Source: Marsupella aquatica
Lineage: Eukaryota; Plantae; Marchantiophyta
NCBI GenBank assembly: GCA_973895155.1
Contig: OZ316892.1
Span: 16,046,257-16,110,256 of the forward strand
DNA length: 64,000 bases
Direction: 5' to 3'
The notes below the pieces were generated by a model. The model worked only from the letters and a program-made list of their open reading frames with translations, ran no database searches and was not told where the DNA came from. Numbering within the stretch: the first letter of the stretch is position 1; every line of letters begins with the position of its first letter. The position numbers and the translations under genes were made by a program. Positions 37,408-52,137 of the stretch are shown piece after piece.

Positions 37408-38400
37408 CGTTGCACAATCTAAAGATTGACTGGTTAGCGGTGCAAATCCCTAAAATTTCCTAGCTTCTGAATGCTTATGACCAAAGGATGCTGAAGCGGA
37501 ATCAATTCATCTCCTCTCTTCGTAGTTGTCTTGCTCACCTCGGATCATGCCCATCGATTGTGTAGCGCAACTGAATTCGGCAGCATAGGGAGCTCAAGGA
37601 AGCCAATCATGCATCGATGCTTCCCCTCCCACGGACCCTGCCCCCACCCCGCCTCGCACCAGCCTTGTATCGATCGGAGACACAGTCCAGCCCCGACGTT
37701 TCTAGTCACAGCCTGGTAGAACCCGACGCTGATGCAAACCCCCTGTGTTTGGCCTCTTAACCATGGTCGAGATGCGTCGCGTCAAGCTTGACATATCAGT
37801 GTTTCCAGGTAAACTCATGGGCTTTTCCAAAGCAATACCACTTTATGAATATCTAATTCTCATCCCCGGTTAGTGTTAACTCTTGTTGAAAAGATAGGGG
37901 ACTTTACGGATATCTCTAATGTATAGTCAAATCTGGATGTGTTCGCTATGAAGTTTCTCCTTACTTTTACCGAAAATAGCTGAAATAATAATTTCTTAGG
38001 CCTTTAAGGTGTGGGTCTCAATTGGACTGCAGTCTTGCTGTCGATAGTCGAGGGCGAGAGAGAAGCAGCACCAACTCGTATCATTTTAATTGGTGCGCAA
38101 AAGGAATTCATGTGAGAGACTTCTAGGCGGGGATTATCAGACACGGCATAAGCAAAACGTATGAGGAGATACTGCCAGGAGAGGACGATGGTGATGAACT
38201 GAATCAATTTCGCAGAGGAGGGTTGGATTGCCATGAGAAAACCTCTCGCTCGGAGCTGAAGGAGGATGGGTGTTTTGCTGTTCGTGCAAGCAACGCAACG
38301 CAGGTGGTAATGTGCAGAATCTGCAGAAAAGCAGGCTATAGTTTCGAAACAGCCGCAATCTGCAGATTTTTGCGAACGAGGAGGAGCTGAGCAGGGCAAA

Positions 38401-41400
38401 ATGCTCGACGAATGGGCAGAGTCCGCTGCCAAAGTCAATCCCTCCCGGTCTGCCGCTATCAATAATTTCCCTCACGATAACAAGGAGGTACTGTAGGATG
38501 TCATGTGATCACCGTATTGCTTACTGACTTTCGCCTCAATTGATTGGGCTTAGTAGGGCAATGCATTTGATCGTTGTGATTTGTAAGTTGTCGAGCCCAA
38601 TGTAATGCACTTCTTGCAGACCTTCGAAAATACTGGAGTAAATCTTCCAAGAAATTTGGACAGCCCTATTTTCGCCATCGATCTTCTGGAGCGACACGCA
38701 ACCAAGGGTCATGGCCTTGTCACATCTATGTCAGCTGGCAACAATGTCATTTTAGTGGGATCGAACCGAGGTTGGCTCGTTCGGCATGATTTTGGCGGTG
38801 GAGACAGCCTAGGTCCGCATCTCTTTCCTCCAGTCTGAATGATGTCATAAGCATTTTTGGATCCAGCGTACGGAATCTCCATGGGTGGTGAATAGCTTGC
38901 GATCTGCAGTAATGTGCATTAGCAATACCTAAGTGGATTTTCTGATTGACGGGTTAAACCCTCTGGCTGTCTGGTACGTGTCCTGACGATTTCTCCTGCA
39001 TACTTCTCGGTGACCGACCTGCAGAACTTGACTTGAATGCCAGCAGGGGTGTGGAACATACGATACACAGAGCATTGATCGATCCTGGTGGAAGGCACTC
39101 ATTGGCGTCAGTTTGCAGTACCGCTGGTGCCGAGAATTATTACATACATGCCAAGTGGAAGAAGCCCCGGCCTTTGAATAAATTGAAGGGTCTCGTTATC
39201 AATGCAGTTGCATGGAACAGGCTGCTGATTAGTGATGGTGAGATCCTTGACCTGTTGGGTCCAAATATGTCGGAACTCGTGGTTGAAAATAGTTTCATTG
39301 CCTCTGAGACATGGAATATCCTTGTTTTCTTGCAGCGACAACTGCGCCTGTTATAGTTGGTACGACAACTGGACAACTGTTTGAATTGTTGGTGGAAGAG
39401 AAGGACAAGAGAGAAAAACATGTCAATAAGCTGTTCGAGCTCACTGAAAGACTGGAGCCATTTGTTGGTGTGCAGGTAAAATCGAATTACTCAAACATTT
39501 GTAGCTTAGCTGGTACCTCAAATGTTTGCTTTCTTTCAAAAGTTGCTTCAATTTTTGCGATAATATAGACGACGTGTTGTATTGGTGAATACTTCCTTCA
39601 TTGTAACCTCTCCAACTTAGGGTGATTTGTAGATGTGGAATTCTTCTAATTTAGATATCTTATTTTCTAGGTTCTCTCACCTGAAGATGGAAAGTGACGT
39701 TGTCCGTGCAGATGGAAACGGTGGGGTCAGGTACCTCTGTACGGCATCTGGTTATGGCAGCTACTCCTTCCCGGCTGTATGTTTTTGTGGGAAATGGTTC
39801 TCTGGAGGTAATAGTCTCTCCCATCGCAAGAAGTTTGAATAGTTAAACAATCTCACGACAAACATGAGTAGGAAAATTGTCACGTCTTCAATTCGCCAAT
39901 CCCTCTGGTCAGATTCTTTTGCGAACCCTTAGTCGTCAAAATTTAATTTTCCGTCGTGGATATGTTGCAGTTAGTCTTCCAGGAATACTCAGACCAAGTC
40001 GCACGCTTTACCGAGCTTCCTGGCGATGTGCCCAGCAGGTACGAGGAAGCTGCTCCTTGGTTGCCAATTGTTCGCGGACAAGAATGGATGTCTTTTTGAA
40101 AGGATTTGTAGTATCACAACTAGGTCAAGAAGCCCACTTTTTGCTGGTCAGTTGTTGGAATGATCTGAACTATGAGCTTCTTGGATAACGTTGTCCTTGA
40201 CTTCTTACAGTGAACTCCATTTTTTTGGCAAGCAGCGCCGAATGGAACGATTTGCCTGGCTTTCTGGGCCTGGAATCTATCATGGTCATGTTAACATGGG
40301 ATCATCGAACAGGTAACCCTCAAGCCTTATGAAAAGCAGAAACGTTGCCTTATACGAACCTTGAGCTCTCGTGTGTGTACCACTCACATGACTTACCGGT
40401 CACTCAGAACTTGCCAATGCGATGGGTAAACTGGTACTGACGACGTCAACTTTCAAAGTGCAGGTAGCCTACTCAAGTGAAAGTCCTATCAGCTTAGAAT
40501 TGGGTCTATCTTATAATTTATTTGTTCCTTATATCAATATGGCTGTTGCCCTGGAATGCTATTGAAAACAGTGAGGACAACCACTTGGATCAGAAATCGT
40601 TGTTAAAGTATTCCAAGATTTCAGGGGAGAACATGGTTGCAAAGCCATGCTCGCTTGCACTTTCGGAATTTCACTTTCTGGTTCTCTATGAACATTCCCT
40701 TAAGGTAATCGTCCTGTTTGTAGACCTGTGTAAAGCTGTCGTGAACTGTTTACAAAAGCAGAATATGTAGGATTTCATAATCATTGGCACAGTTAGGATT
40801 TAAATCTTAGTGTGGTTTGCACATTGCAGTTTACTGTCAAAGTTTTGTTATTAGAAACCATAAGAGTTATTTGGTCTAAGGTTCTTGATGTCCCTCCCAG
40901 GTGGTGAATATTGCCAGTCAACAAGTCGTGGAAGATAAACGCCTTGATTTGACTCTCACCACAACTCCCATGCTTGGGCTTTGCACTGATATTGCTGCTG
41001 GCGTTTATTATGCTTACAACGAGAACTCTATATTTGAGGTGAGAGTCTTCAATTAGTATTGTACGGATAGTGAATAGTAGTTCATTAGAACCTCGATCCC
41101 ATGTTCTGATTCTGACGTTGACTGATGTCTGTTTTTGCTCTAAAAGGTATCAAAGTGTGTCAGTGTCAGGTAAGTCTGCACTGTCGACCAAACTAGGTGA
41201 TAATTATATTTGGGATATGTCCATTGTGCAATTCATATTTTGTGCTATGTGAACTATTCTCCTTCAAAAAAGTGGTTCTTGGTTCATGGAATTTCCTTTG
41301 CCGATGAGATAATACTCTTGACTCGGCTACTTATGTTCGAGGCTTTAATTCGTAGAAGATACTAGCCAGAATGAGATTGACGCATTTTCCGTGCTTTCTT

Positions 41401-44400
41401 TCATTACAGATAGCAGTCAATGATGAGGGTCGTGATATGTGGCTGGTGTACTTAAATATGAGAGAGTACGGTTCAGCTCTTGAACACTGCAGAGATACCT
41501 TCCAGAGAGATCACGTTTATGCGACACAGGTAGAAGATTGCGTCACGAATGTGGACACTGCCTTTCTTCCAGTTTCTGCTTTTAGCTTTTGTCTTGATCA
41601 TTGCAGTGGCAGATTAAAGGAATTGCGACAATGTTGTGGGCGTAAGAAGGGAAGTACTTCGAATGACTCTCAAGGATTGCCAAGAATCAATATCAAAGAC
41701 GATATCCACATTTCTTCTATGTCTGAAAGTGATCATTTGGATAAATAGGTCCAGCCACAAGAGCTTACTGGTTATGAGGTATCAATGAGGTTGTGGAAAT
41801 ATGTAGGCAGAGGCTGCGTTCAAGTCTGGTGAATATGACATAGCTGCATCGTTCTTTGCCAAGGTAAGGAGTATTGTCACACGCAAACAGACCCTAGTTT
41901 GCTCAAAGTTCATTTCCCGCAGTGTCAGTGCCCCAAGGTTGGTTATTTTGGCGTCGATTTAAATTATTCAGATCTTTTATGGCCACTAGCATAACTATGA
42001 ACTGTACTGAATAGACGTACTATTTATAAAGTTCTCAAGATTACCAAGAAAGAGTTTGAAATTCTTCACACATTGAAAGGCTTGTGATAGACATTAGCAG
42101 CAATGTTTAAAAGACATACGATTTCCCCCAGATAACCTTTTACTCTAATTGGTATATTGCGCTGTTCTTTGTGCAAATATGTATATTCGAAGCTAGACAT
42201 GATTGCGTGTGGCTTATCCTAATTACCAGAAACTTACTGATACATGCAGGCAAATTCTGTTGCAACGTTTGAAGAAGTTGCTTTGAAATTTGTCTTAGCG
42301 GGAGAGCAGGTGATCCGAATTTAGTTAAAGCTATCCTTTTTTTTTGCTTAGTCAAGTTTGCTTAGTCAAGTTTGCTTAGTCAAGTTTGCTGCCTCGAACG
42401 TGCTGCGTGATGCTTAAATGGCCCTCAAATGGTATCAGTAAGACTCGTTGTGTACAGGACGCACTACGAGCCTACCTGTTGAGAAAACTGGATTATTTTG
42501 GTCAGGAGGACCGGGCCCAAGTTACCATGATTGCAACATGGGCCACCGAGCTTTACTTGGACAAGGTATAGCGTGAAAATTGGTATTGGTGGTAACAAAT
42601 TGTTTATCCATCCTGTCAACCAGGGAGAAGACGACTCTTAATTTTGAAATTGGACCCCTCATAGCTTACAACAAGCTTCTTCGCACTTATAAGAAGACCC
42701 TTTCATTTGAGCTTCAAGTATAGTGTTTGCTTGCAAAGTAGTTGAGTTTTAAATGTGTACAGAGCAGAGATTTCAAAGTAGCCATTATGTTTCCAACATT
42801 TTTTAATTTCATTTTAAGATCTTGTAGATCAACCGACTTCTTATGGGTGAAAGCAAGCAAATGCTGCCAGGAGCCGAGAGTGAAGACAGCCCAAGTGCTG
42901 AGTACCAAGCTACCCTGAAGGAATTTCTAGCCTTTCTGAGTGACTGGAAAAACGTTCTAGATGAAGCTACCACAGTGAAATTGCTTGGAAGGTTTACAAC
43001 TTCCTCCAGATTAAATAGCATGAACTGTTTCTAAGTTCTTACCATCCACCGTAATTGAATAGGGAATGTAGGTTGTTGGGCATCTTACTGGTGGTAGTCG
43101 ATGATATATATTTCATCATACGCAGAATTGAATAGTGTTGTCGTTTGTTAGAATATTACTGTTGGGCTTTTGGTTAAATTGAACCCCCACAATGCTTTAT
43201 TCCGCATTCACTTAACTCCACTTGTCCATTACCATTCTGAGCAGCTATGGGAGAGTGGATGAGTTGGTGTACTTTGCCCGTCTCAAGGAACAGTACGAGA
43301 TTCTGCTGCACCATTTCATTCAGGTGCAGGAACATTTTTTTTTAAAGATTTCTACATTCGATCGCAACGTTTCAGGCAAAAGTGTCGTTGTGACAGGACT
43401 GCTCTAAATTTATGCTGGCATCCACAAGTGTCAATATTTGTTGGCGTATGGAAATAGTAAATTCCACAATTTGTAGTCATTTTTGTTCTTTCGCAACAAG
43501 TTCAGCTGCGTTGTGACTCCGCGATGTACAGCGCAAAAACGTCAGCAGGTATTTGGGTGTTTTCGATACATTAGAAAATGTATGTTGGCATCGCTGTGAT
43601 GTGTCTGGTATGGAACTTACGTGTGTATCTGGCAAAATATCAATCGACTGAATAGATGTTGCCTTGGTAGATGGCTGCTCATTTCCTATTCTGTGAGACT
43701 TTCTGAGATGTTCAATGTGGGTGATTTGATTCTTTGCAGCAAGGAGATGCTAAAAGAGCATTAGCTGTGCTCCGAAAACCAAATATTTCTCCTGAGCTGC
43801 AGGTTTGGCCCAAATGGTAGCATTCCGTCTGCATTGTCCGTTTCTGAAAGTCAGCAATTTTCTCTCTGAAACTTACAAATACCGAGATTGGTGGAAATTC
43901 CTTTGTCATGAATTATATCTTTATATCTACAGTGGAGATTCTTGCTGGAGTGCAGCGCGAAAGAGTGAGCAGCTGAAGGGGTTTTGTATTAGCAAGTTTA
44001 GGATTTATATCAATGCCGGTCTGTCAGAACTTGCCGAATTGTTGTTAAGCTCCTCTCCATTCTTTCTGCTGCAGTACAAGCATGGTCCAGCTTTGATCAT
44101 GGTGGACCCACATGCAACTGTCGAGTCTTGGATGGCAGCAAATCTGAAGCCACGGCGGCTGGTTCCTGCTTTGATGCGTTATGCCAATAGACATCCTCCA
44201 AAGTGAGTAAGCACAAGACGTTAGAGTGGAGCGCAAACGAAAATGTTAGCTGAAAATGAATGAGTAGGTTTGATGAACTATGTAATTCAGCTAGCCAGTT
44301 GTTTAGATGTTGAGAAGATCGTCCATTGAGTGTGAACAATGACTAAGATTGGTGGGTATATCTGTAATTCGCACGGGGAATCTTAACTCATTGTCCTTCA

Positions 44401-47400
44401 TATACTCTCTGCAATAGGGATGAAGCAAATGCTGCAATTCGTTATCTTGAGTTCTGTGTACAACGCCAACAAAATGAGGATTCTGCTATCCACAACTTAC
44501 TGCTATCCCTTTATGCAAAGCAGGTGGGTTGGTGTTTAGGATTGTGCTGTAATTGTCTGAGCAACTATAAGACCAGTGACTAACTCCAGCTTTAGTATAG
44601 AACAAAGGTGGCGTCTGGTGAGGTGGTATGGTTTGTTAGGAAGTTTTTAATTCATCATTTGATGAGCATTGGGATTGGGAATAATTTACGAAACACACAT
44701 TTTCTAATGACCTCAATATGTCATTAGTCCCCGTCATGGTTGACTCAGACTTCGCCAAGCAGTAATGGTTGCTTAATCCAGAGTGAAGGTTTGAGTTTAG
44801 GTTTTTGGAATGATACAGTGGTTTTGAAACATCAGTGGTACCCTGCTCGATGTATTTAAACACAATGCTTTAGTTTTTCAGATTTTAGGAGTTCCTGGAT
44901 TGCGAGATATTTCGCAAGGTGTTTTCTCTCATGGTTCGTTTCTGTGTGACTGGTCAGGAAGATGAGAGTGCTTTGTTGCTGTTCCTGGATACGAAGTATG
45001 GGAAAGGAAGACCTGGACGGCCTGACATATTCTATGATCCGAAGTATGCACTTCGACTTTGTTTAGAGGAGAAGCGTATGCGAGCTTGTGTGTACATCTA
45101 TGGTTTAATGGGGATGCATGAAGAGGCAGTTTCTCTTGCCTTACAGGTGTGCAAACATGTTTGGGTTTGTTAGGAGCAACAAGGGCACAGAATAAACAGC
45201 TCTAGAAATTTGACTCAAGCTAGGGCTTTGATCCTTTTATATACTCTCTAGCAGGTGCTGGTTCTCCAGTTTACTAACGCAGCATTCGAGTGTAAAAGTT
45301 GTTGCTCCTATGACAGAACATTTTGTGCTTGTGGTTTGGAAAACTAACGGTGCGAATTCCTAAGGTTAGGTAGAGTCCACTCGTGTACTCTATCTTCCCT
45401 GGAATAAACGGGAGCTGGAGAATGCATCCCAAATAGAAGATGATTGCATGCCTCCAGTGCACCTTAATTATCAATCTTGAACCTCGTTGGCAGCCCCATA
45501 TACCTTCAGGGTCATAATCGTGGTCCCAATTGTAACCTGACTCTCTACCAAGTATTTTTTCTGCTGATATTCAGTTAGTGAGGTTCCTGCCATAAGAAGT
45601 GCGTTCCAACTCTGTGGCACACAACTTCTCAGACAGTACCCTTCCGAAATCTCATTCAACCACTAGAAGTTCTATTTCTTTATTTGCTAACCTTCCCAGA
45701 TGCCAATCTATTGTCAGTCTTGGAAATTTCCCAACAGGGTGCAATCTCCTTTGCTTTTTGTTAAATGCTGAGAAGCAGCTTGTCTGGTGATGCAAATGTA
45801 TGACCAAGTTTCTTGGGGCACTGGCTTTTAAAATCTGGTGGTATTAATTTATGAATTAGACTCCTACAAAACAAGATAGACGAAACTGAAGCTATTGTCA
45901 ATTACACAACCTTCTTTACACTATCCAAATCTTTTGGGTTATCAGTCCTGCTAACAGTATATTGTCTGTATGATTGCCTCAGATAGATCCAGAGTTGGCA
46001 AAAAAAGAAGCCAATAAGGTGGATGATGACGAAGGGCTGAGAAAGAAGCTGTGGCTGATGGTTGCAAAGCATGTTATTCAGCAAGATAAAGGTGTCAAGG
46101 CGGAAAATATACGGATGGCTGTTGCTTTCTTGAAAGAAACAAATGGCTTGCTGAAGATTGAAGACATTCTTCCTTTCTTTCCTGATTTCTCGCTGATTGA
46201 TGATTTCAAGGTATATCTGATACTCATTTGGTATATTGTATTGTTACCTACTTATATGGACATTCTGGCTTCCTTTATGTATTTCATTGACCAGTTTTTA
46301 AATTTGTAATTTTCTGTAAAACTCATGGCACTTGAAGTCACAATAATCTTCTAAGCACGAAAGATCTATCACGTGAGATAAGCTCAAGCACGAAAGCTAA
46401 AACTTACCTTGTCAAATGCTTGTTTTTTACTAGGAAGCTATCTGTACTTCCTTGGAAGATTATACTAAACAAATTGAGGAACTGAAGCGCGAGATGAACG
46501 ATGCAACACTTGGAGCTGACAATATCCGCCAGGATATAAATTCACTCACGCAGCGTTATGCAATCGTCAATCAAAATGAGGATTGTGGAGTAAGTTTCAA
46601 GATTTTAATCAGATGTAAAATAGTGTTTGTTTTCTTTCCAATTAACGTCCATTAGCAAGTGCACTTCGATTCAGCAAATACCATCACTAATGGTGCACAT
46701 CGTAGATACCTTAAGTCTTTGTTCTAGCTAAAACATGAGTTTCATGGAAATTTCTTGTTAAATATGTTTCTTCTCAATTTCTTATCATTTGCAGATTTGT
46801 GGGAAGCGAATATTATTGACAAGTGGGAAATGGGGTGCAAGGCCAGTCGCTCAGAACTATACTTCGGGAATGGCACCGTTCTATGTCTTTCCCTGTGAAC
46901 ATTCATTTCATGCGCAGTGTCTAACAGACTATGTAATGAAGCATAGCGACAAGTTCGAGGTAGATCTCGTTACTGGGCCCCCTCGTATGTGCTTTCCTCA
47001 GCCCTGATCATCTACATTGAACCTGCTTCTAAGCAATGGCTTTACGAAATCGTTTACTGTCTGAGCAGTCAGACAGATCCATTACAAAGGAGAGTTTCGT
47101 CATGGACTTGCAATCCCCCAAAGTCTACCACTACAACTTTGAAGAATAATGTGGTTTTGTGACGTTTTCTGGATTTCCTTCAGAGAGAGCGTATCGCAGA
47201 ATTATGCAACAGGTTGGCAGCAATGTCAACAGAGGCTTCGTCACAAACATCTAGGAAGATGATGAATGGAAAATACGACGGTCAAATATCTGCGGATGGT
47301 CAGATTCAGCCGGCGGATCAGGTATGATTTCTTACGGCGTAGTGTATCTTGAAGTTTAGCCTTCTAACCATGGAAAACACTCTGGGGACACCTCGGGCAA

Positions 47401-47689
47401 GGATCTCTGAAGCGATTAAACGATGTCTCGTAGCATCTAGACAACACAGCCCCACCACCAATTCAGTTTCTTTTCAATGTTTTGGTAAGTCTTGCTTGTG
47501 TTTACTCATACACGTCTTGTCCAGGTGCGTGCACAACTGGATGATGCAGTTGGTGGTGAATGTCCGTTTTGCGGAGAGCTAATGGTAAGGAAAATCTCCC
47601 AGCTTTTCATATCAGCAGAGGAGTCTGATCTTATCGCGTCATGGGCAATTCACTCTGGAACTCTGGCCAAGGAGAGCGGTTTTACGTGA
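38401..47689 (+). CDS. VPS18: Vacuolar protein sorting 18 (PEP3; CORVET/HOPS subunit), about 24 exons
   Basis: Exons translate to FAIDLLERHATKGHG, DPGGRHSL, LKGLVINAVAWN, VEEKDKREK, VNDEGRDMW, ATWATELYLDK, YDPKYALRLC, LLKIEDILPFFPDF, and the RING-H2 parts CG..CGKRIL, FYVFPCEHSFHAQCL, ECPFCGELM. GT-AG introns throughout. The start at 38401 is inferred; exon borders are approximate. Confidence 0.93.
42343..42390. repeat. 14-bp tandem repeat (tttgcttagtcaag, about 3.4 copies) in a VPS18 intron
   Basis: Directly visible perfect repeat. Confidence 0.9.
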
Positions 47690-49284
47690 TCACAAATTCA
47701 AAGTCGATGCTTCAATTTCAACTACTTGACTTTATAATGGATATCAGCGGGAACTGAAAGCAGTCCCTTTTGTGCTACTAATATCAGAATATTAGTAGGG
47801 GTGTTGTGTTAGGTTTTTTGCCACCTAAGGTCGTTCTGCTAAACAATGCTGCCTGTCAAAGAACAAGGGCAGTATTTAGATTTTCGATCCTCGGCAGAAC
47901 TCGGGTTCTCGTTCCAGTAGTCTATACTTATATCCGAGACTGGAACTGTGACATTGAAACAAGAAAGGAGATGAAATATCTTCTCTCAAGTGATCTTACT
48001 TATTGTGAGTTCTAAGGTTTCAGAGATTCGGCAAGAAATAGTATAGTAGGAGTCACTCTCAATGTAGAGTCTGCCAAGTTATTTTTTGGAACTGGCAAGT
48101 AAGATGGTGCATGAGGGCAACCTTGTCCGCTCGTCCAATATACATGGGAGGAATACCGGGTAACAATTTAAACAGATTCCTCGATGTTACGTGTGATTGG
48201 CCATTGTCATGTGATCCAATCCAGTGAGTTTTCTGCTATGTTTGTTTCTTTGGTGAAAAAAAGGGGAGGTTAGACGCCAGCCTAACCCAGGAGGGCCTGG
48301 TGGCTCCTCGGTCAAACCCGTCCTCGTGGTGATTTCTCTACCATTCAGATAATGAATGACCTTATTTGGTGGATTACTGATTCTACTGGATAATAATAAT
48401 CCGGTAAGAATGGCATGAATGGCATTTCCAGTTTAACTGTGGGGTACCTAAGGAGGGACTATCATAGGTGTAATAGAAGTACTTCGCATGTGAACCCTAA
48501 TCCCTATCCCCAATTTCCCCTCCCTCTTAGCCAGAATCGTGGAGTACAAAGAGCATTAGGATGAAACTACACCGTCAATTTAGGTCTGATCTTTAGAGTA
48601 CCATTCACATGCAACATGGCCCTAATATTAGACAATTTGGTGGGGTTTTCCTATCCTAATGCTCTAGCTTTGAGGGTTTGCGGCGTAGAAGATTTTGACA
48701 CTCTTCAAACATAATATCCTTAGTGTAGGTTAGGGTTTCCTTCCACAATTGGACCCACTTTCATGCCCTGGGGCAGAAAAAGAAAACCAATGAAAGTCAA
48801 ATGGATATAATATGGTGGCTTAAACTGGAACTCGTTGGCGCTAGGATTAGTACTAGTGCCTAATCCTAGCACCTTTGGTTTGAGATTTTGTTTTTGGACG
48901 ACACATTCTTGGATCTGTGCTATTAATTATGTAGAGATACTATACTAGATACTATACTGTCATATTAAATATTAAGTGTAAACACTCACATTGTAGATTT
49001 GTTTAGTTTCTCTCCATAATTAAATTTTTTCCAAAATTCCTGGCTCCATGTGCAGTCACATAACATGATTTGTCACACACTAGAATCTAGTCATGCAAGA
49101 AGAACCAAATTTGAGTATTTGTGTTTGAGACAAGATAAAGAAAACCGGTTAGACCTTGTAATTGTAAAGACAATGGAAAACAGTAAGATTGCAAGTAGAC
49201 AAAGAAAAGGGTAAAATAGAGTTAAAAGAAAATAATATTTGAATGAATCATGAATGATTAGCTCAATATCTGTGCGTTGCACAA

Positions 49285-49612
49285 AAGATGTCATGTCAGT
49301 CAAGATGTCGTTGAGAAAAAGAATGTCGTGTCGGCCAAGATATTGTCAAGAAAAAAAATGTCATGTCGACCAAGAAGCATTGCAACAAAGGATGTCATGT
49401 CTGCCAAGAAGTCATTAGAAAACAGATGTCGTGTCGACCAAGACATTGTTGAGAAAAAAAATGTTGTGTTGTCAAAGATGTCGAGTCGGCCAAGAGGTCG
49501 TTGAGAAAAAAAATGTTATGTCTGCCAAGAAGTCATTAAGAAAACAGATGTTGTGTCGTCCAAGATGTCGTGTCAGCCAAGAGGTCGTTGAGAAAAAGAT
49601 GTCGTGTCATTG
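49285..49612. repeat. Degenerate tandem array of gatgtcgtgtcggccaaga-like units with A-rich linkers
   Basis: The motifs atgtc(g/a)tgtc(g/t)(g/a)ccaaga and gtcgttgagaaaaaa recur about ten times at 16-36 bp spacing. Confidence 0.75.
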
Positions 49613-52137
49613 AAGACCTGCCACCCCCGGATAAACTTTGGTCCCGATATTTTGGCCCCAAACTCGGGCGCCTTTGAGTGGTAAACCTAGTGGCAAGAGG
49701 TAATAGCAAGGTCTAGGGCTGGGCCGACACTTGGAACCATAGAAATGAGCTTACTTATGGCCAGGGGTGGCGTAGTATTATAAGACCTGTTGGACAAAAT
49801 TGAGGCGCCTGGACCTGAAACCCGTGTTTAGGTTGCCTGGACCTGATCCAAACCCGGGGGTAGTCGCTTCCATCACCGGTTAATGTTCCGGCAATGGAGA
49901 GGCCGCAGACTGGAGTTCAAACGCGGAGTCCGGGCAATTGAGGGAAACTTTGATTTTTTTGGTTGGGGCGCGGAGGGAGTCATCGCCCCTGTTGTCGGGA
50001 CCAGTTGGGTCGCGGAGATGGTCAGCTGTCCAGGGAAAAGTCGGTCGACCTTGTTCGCGGGGAGGTCAATGGCGGTTGTCGACCAACGGCCAGCTGTTGA
50101 CTCAGGCTCATTTCGGGGCAAGATGGCGAGGTCGGCACTAAGGCGGTCTGGCAAGGAGGTCTGGCCGCAGTCCACTCAGGCTCGTCGCGAGGGTGAGTCA
50201 AGGGCGAGTTGAGGGCTTTTAGCGCGGCGACAGGAACTCAGTGCGTGGCAAGACACGGCATCGCAGCGGCAAAAGTGGAGGGTCACGTTTTTTCCCTTTA
50301 TATAGCTTTCACTTTTTACTGTTCCTATTTTTTCTCCCATTATATTTGAATAACAACCATGGCTTTTTTGGGAGCAACCTTGTATTATAGGAGTTATTAT
50401 TTTATTTATACTCAAGTTTAATATCCAATTCTTTAAATCTCAATTTTAATAATTCATTTATTATTATTATTTTTTATCCTGGTCAGGTTTGGGTAGGTTA
50501 AAGGTAGTTTGGGCAGAGGTATGGAGATTATCAGGGGTATGGATGGATCCAACAATTCCAGAAAATAAATTTTTATTGAAGGGCTGGGATTGGTTACCTT
50601 TTTTGAGGTTGTAAATGGACTATTTCTAGAGTATGTGATATTATAGTGACTTCTCCCATCCCATTTTTCAGACTTTTAATTATTTGTTTCCCATGATTAC
50701 ACTATTGTAAAGTGACACACAATCTCCCTCCCGGCCCTCCCTTTACACCCCCCCCCCCCCTTGAATATGCAAGCCGTAGCCGGCTGCTTCTTTGCCCCCC
50801 ATCAGCCCGTCGGTCCTCCCTCGCCCTCCCGCCGGTCACCACCCCTTTGCGACCCTTCACGCAGCCAACACTTGCTTCCGGCAGCCATTTCATGGCTGCT
50901 CCTCTTGGCAGCCTGCGTGCAACCCTGCCCTGTACGCGCCCATCCAAATGACCCCCCTTTTCTTAACGTCTGATTTAATAAAGGGGCTTTAAACCCCCTT
51001 TAGCCCCTATTTTTTATTCCTTTTCCCCGGTTTCTGATTGGTAGCCGCATCTCGGGACCTGCCGCCCTCCACTTTCACCGCTTGGATAGGGGGAATGCCC
51101 TCTGTGAGCCCTGCTGCTCTATGCGGGAATATTCCCCAAAAAACAGAGAGTGTTTTTGGCCGTCCGTCAAAGATTTTGTTCGCCAAACGTTAACTTTTGT
51201 TGCTTGTCTTTGGCAAGTTGCTAGTCATCAGAGTAGGCAACGTTGTGGTGCGTCCCATGGCTCCCTAAACCCAAGAAACCCCCCTGCACAAGCCGATTCC
51301 CGCAGGTTTTGCTCTTGGCAAGGCCGGTTTCGTGGCTTAGCGGCATTGGACGTTGCTAACTCTCTACTAACATTTTACACACATATACTGGACAGATCCT
51401 TCATCGGGTCATGAGATACATAGTCGGCCTATTCTATGCCTTCCCTTGTCTTCCTCTTGTGGTTTTCCTTTAGGTATGTTTGGATTCCGCCGCCGGAATG
51501 ATCCCCAACTGGCTTGGGTAAGTTGCTAAGACCTCTCTCAGCTTGACACATCCAACTCTTACTACCTTGCTTACTCCCTTCTCTTGGTTGATGTGGGCAA
51601 TCTTCAAACAAGTTAATGCGACACACAAATAGCAAAATGACTCCTTCTGACTGAGTTATACCATGCACTTGCCATACAAACAATATTTCTCATACACAAG
51701 ATCTGCGAACTAAGCCGTGAGGCCAACTCTATTCATCTCTTAGGCATGAGGAAACATGAATATACACAAGGGTCACAATATAGCTAACCGAGAGCTTCTT
51801 TTACTACTTGATCCCAGCCCTACTGGTGCACTAAAAACTTGCTAAGGAAGAAGGCCCTAAACTCCCCGCTGCCTAGGTACTTATCCTGGCAGTGGATCCG
51901 CCTAATTCCTTGCAGCGTAAGCCTAATCTATCCTATCTGTAATCTACCTATGTACAGCAAGGCAGGAGCACAAGTGTTGCTCTTACCAGTGGATCCGCAA
52001 TCCCACTAATCTAAGTGTCAGGGCCGCCTCTTGGTCCTGACCCTAAGTCTAAACTTGGAGATCTGAGCCCGCCCTGCCCACTCACGCCTCCTCCCTCCAC
52101 GTCCGCCCTCCTTAAAAGGAGCGGCCCTCCACCACCG

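Larger units (their letters stand above)
33506..37917. mobile_element. PIF/Harbinger-superfamily (PHIS) transposon, Pangu-like features
   Basis: Perfect 19-bp TIR agagatatccgtaaagtcc (33506-33524 and 37899-37917), 3-bp TSD AAT on both sides, two convergent genes. Confidence 0.9.

Noticed and set aside
48836-48873. Hairpin ggcgctaggattag...ctaatcctagcacc as another palindrome copy or an ncRNA
   Set aside because: Different sequence and structure, single occurrence, no supporting features.
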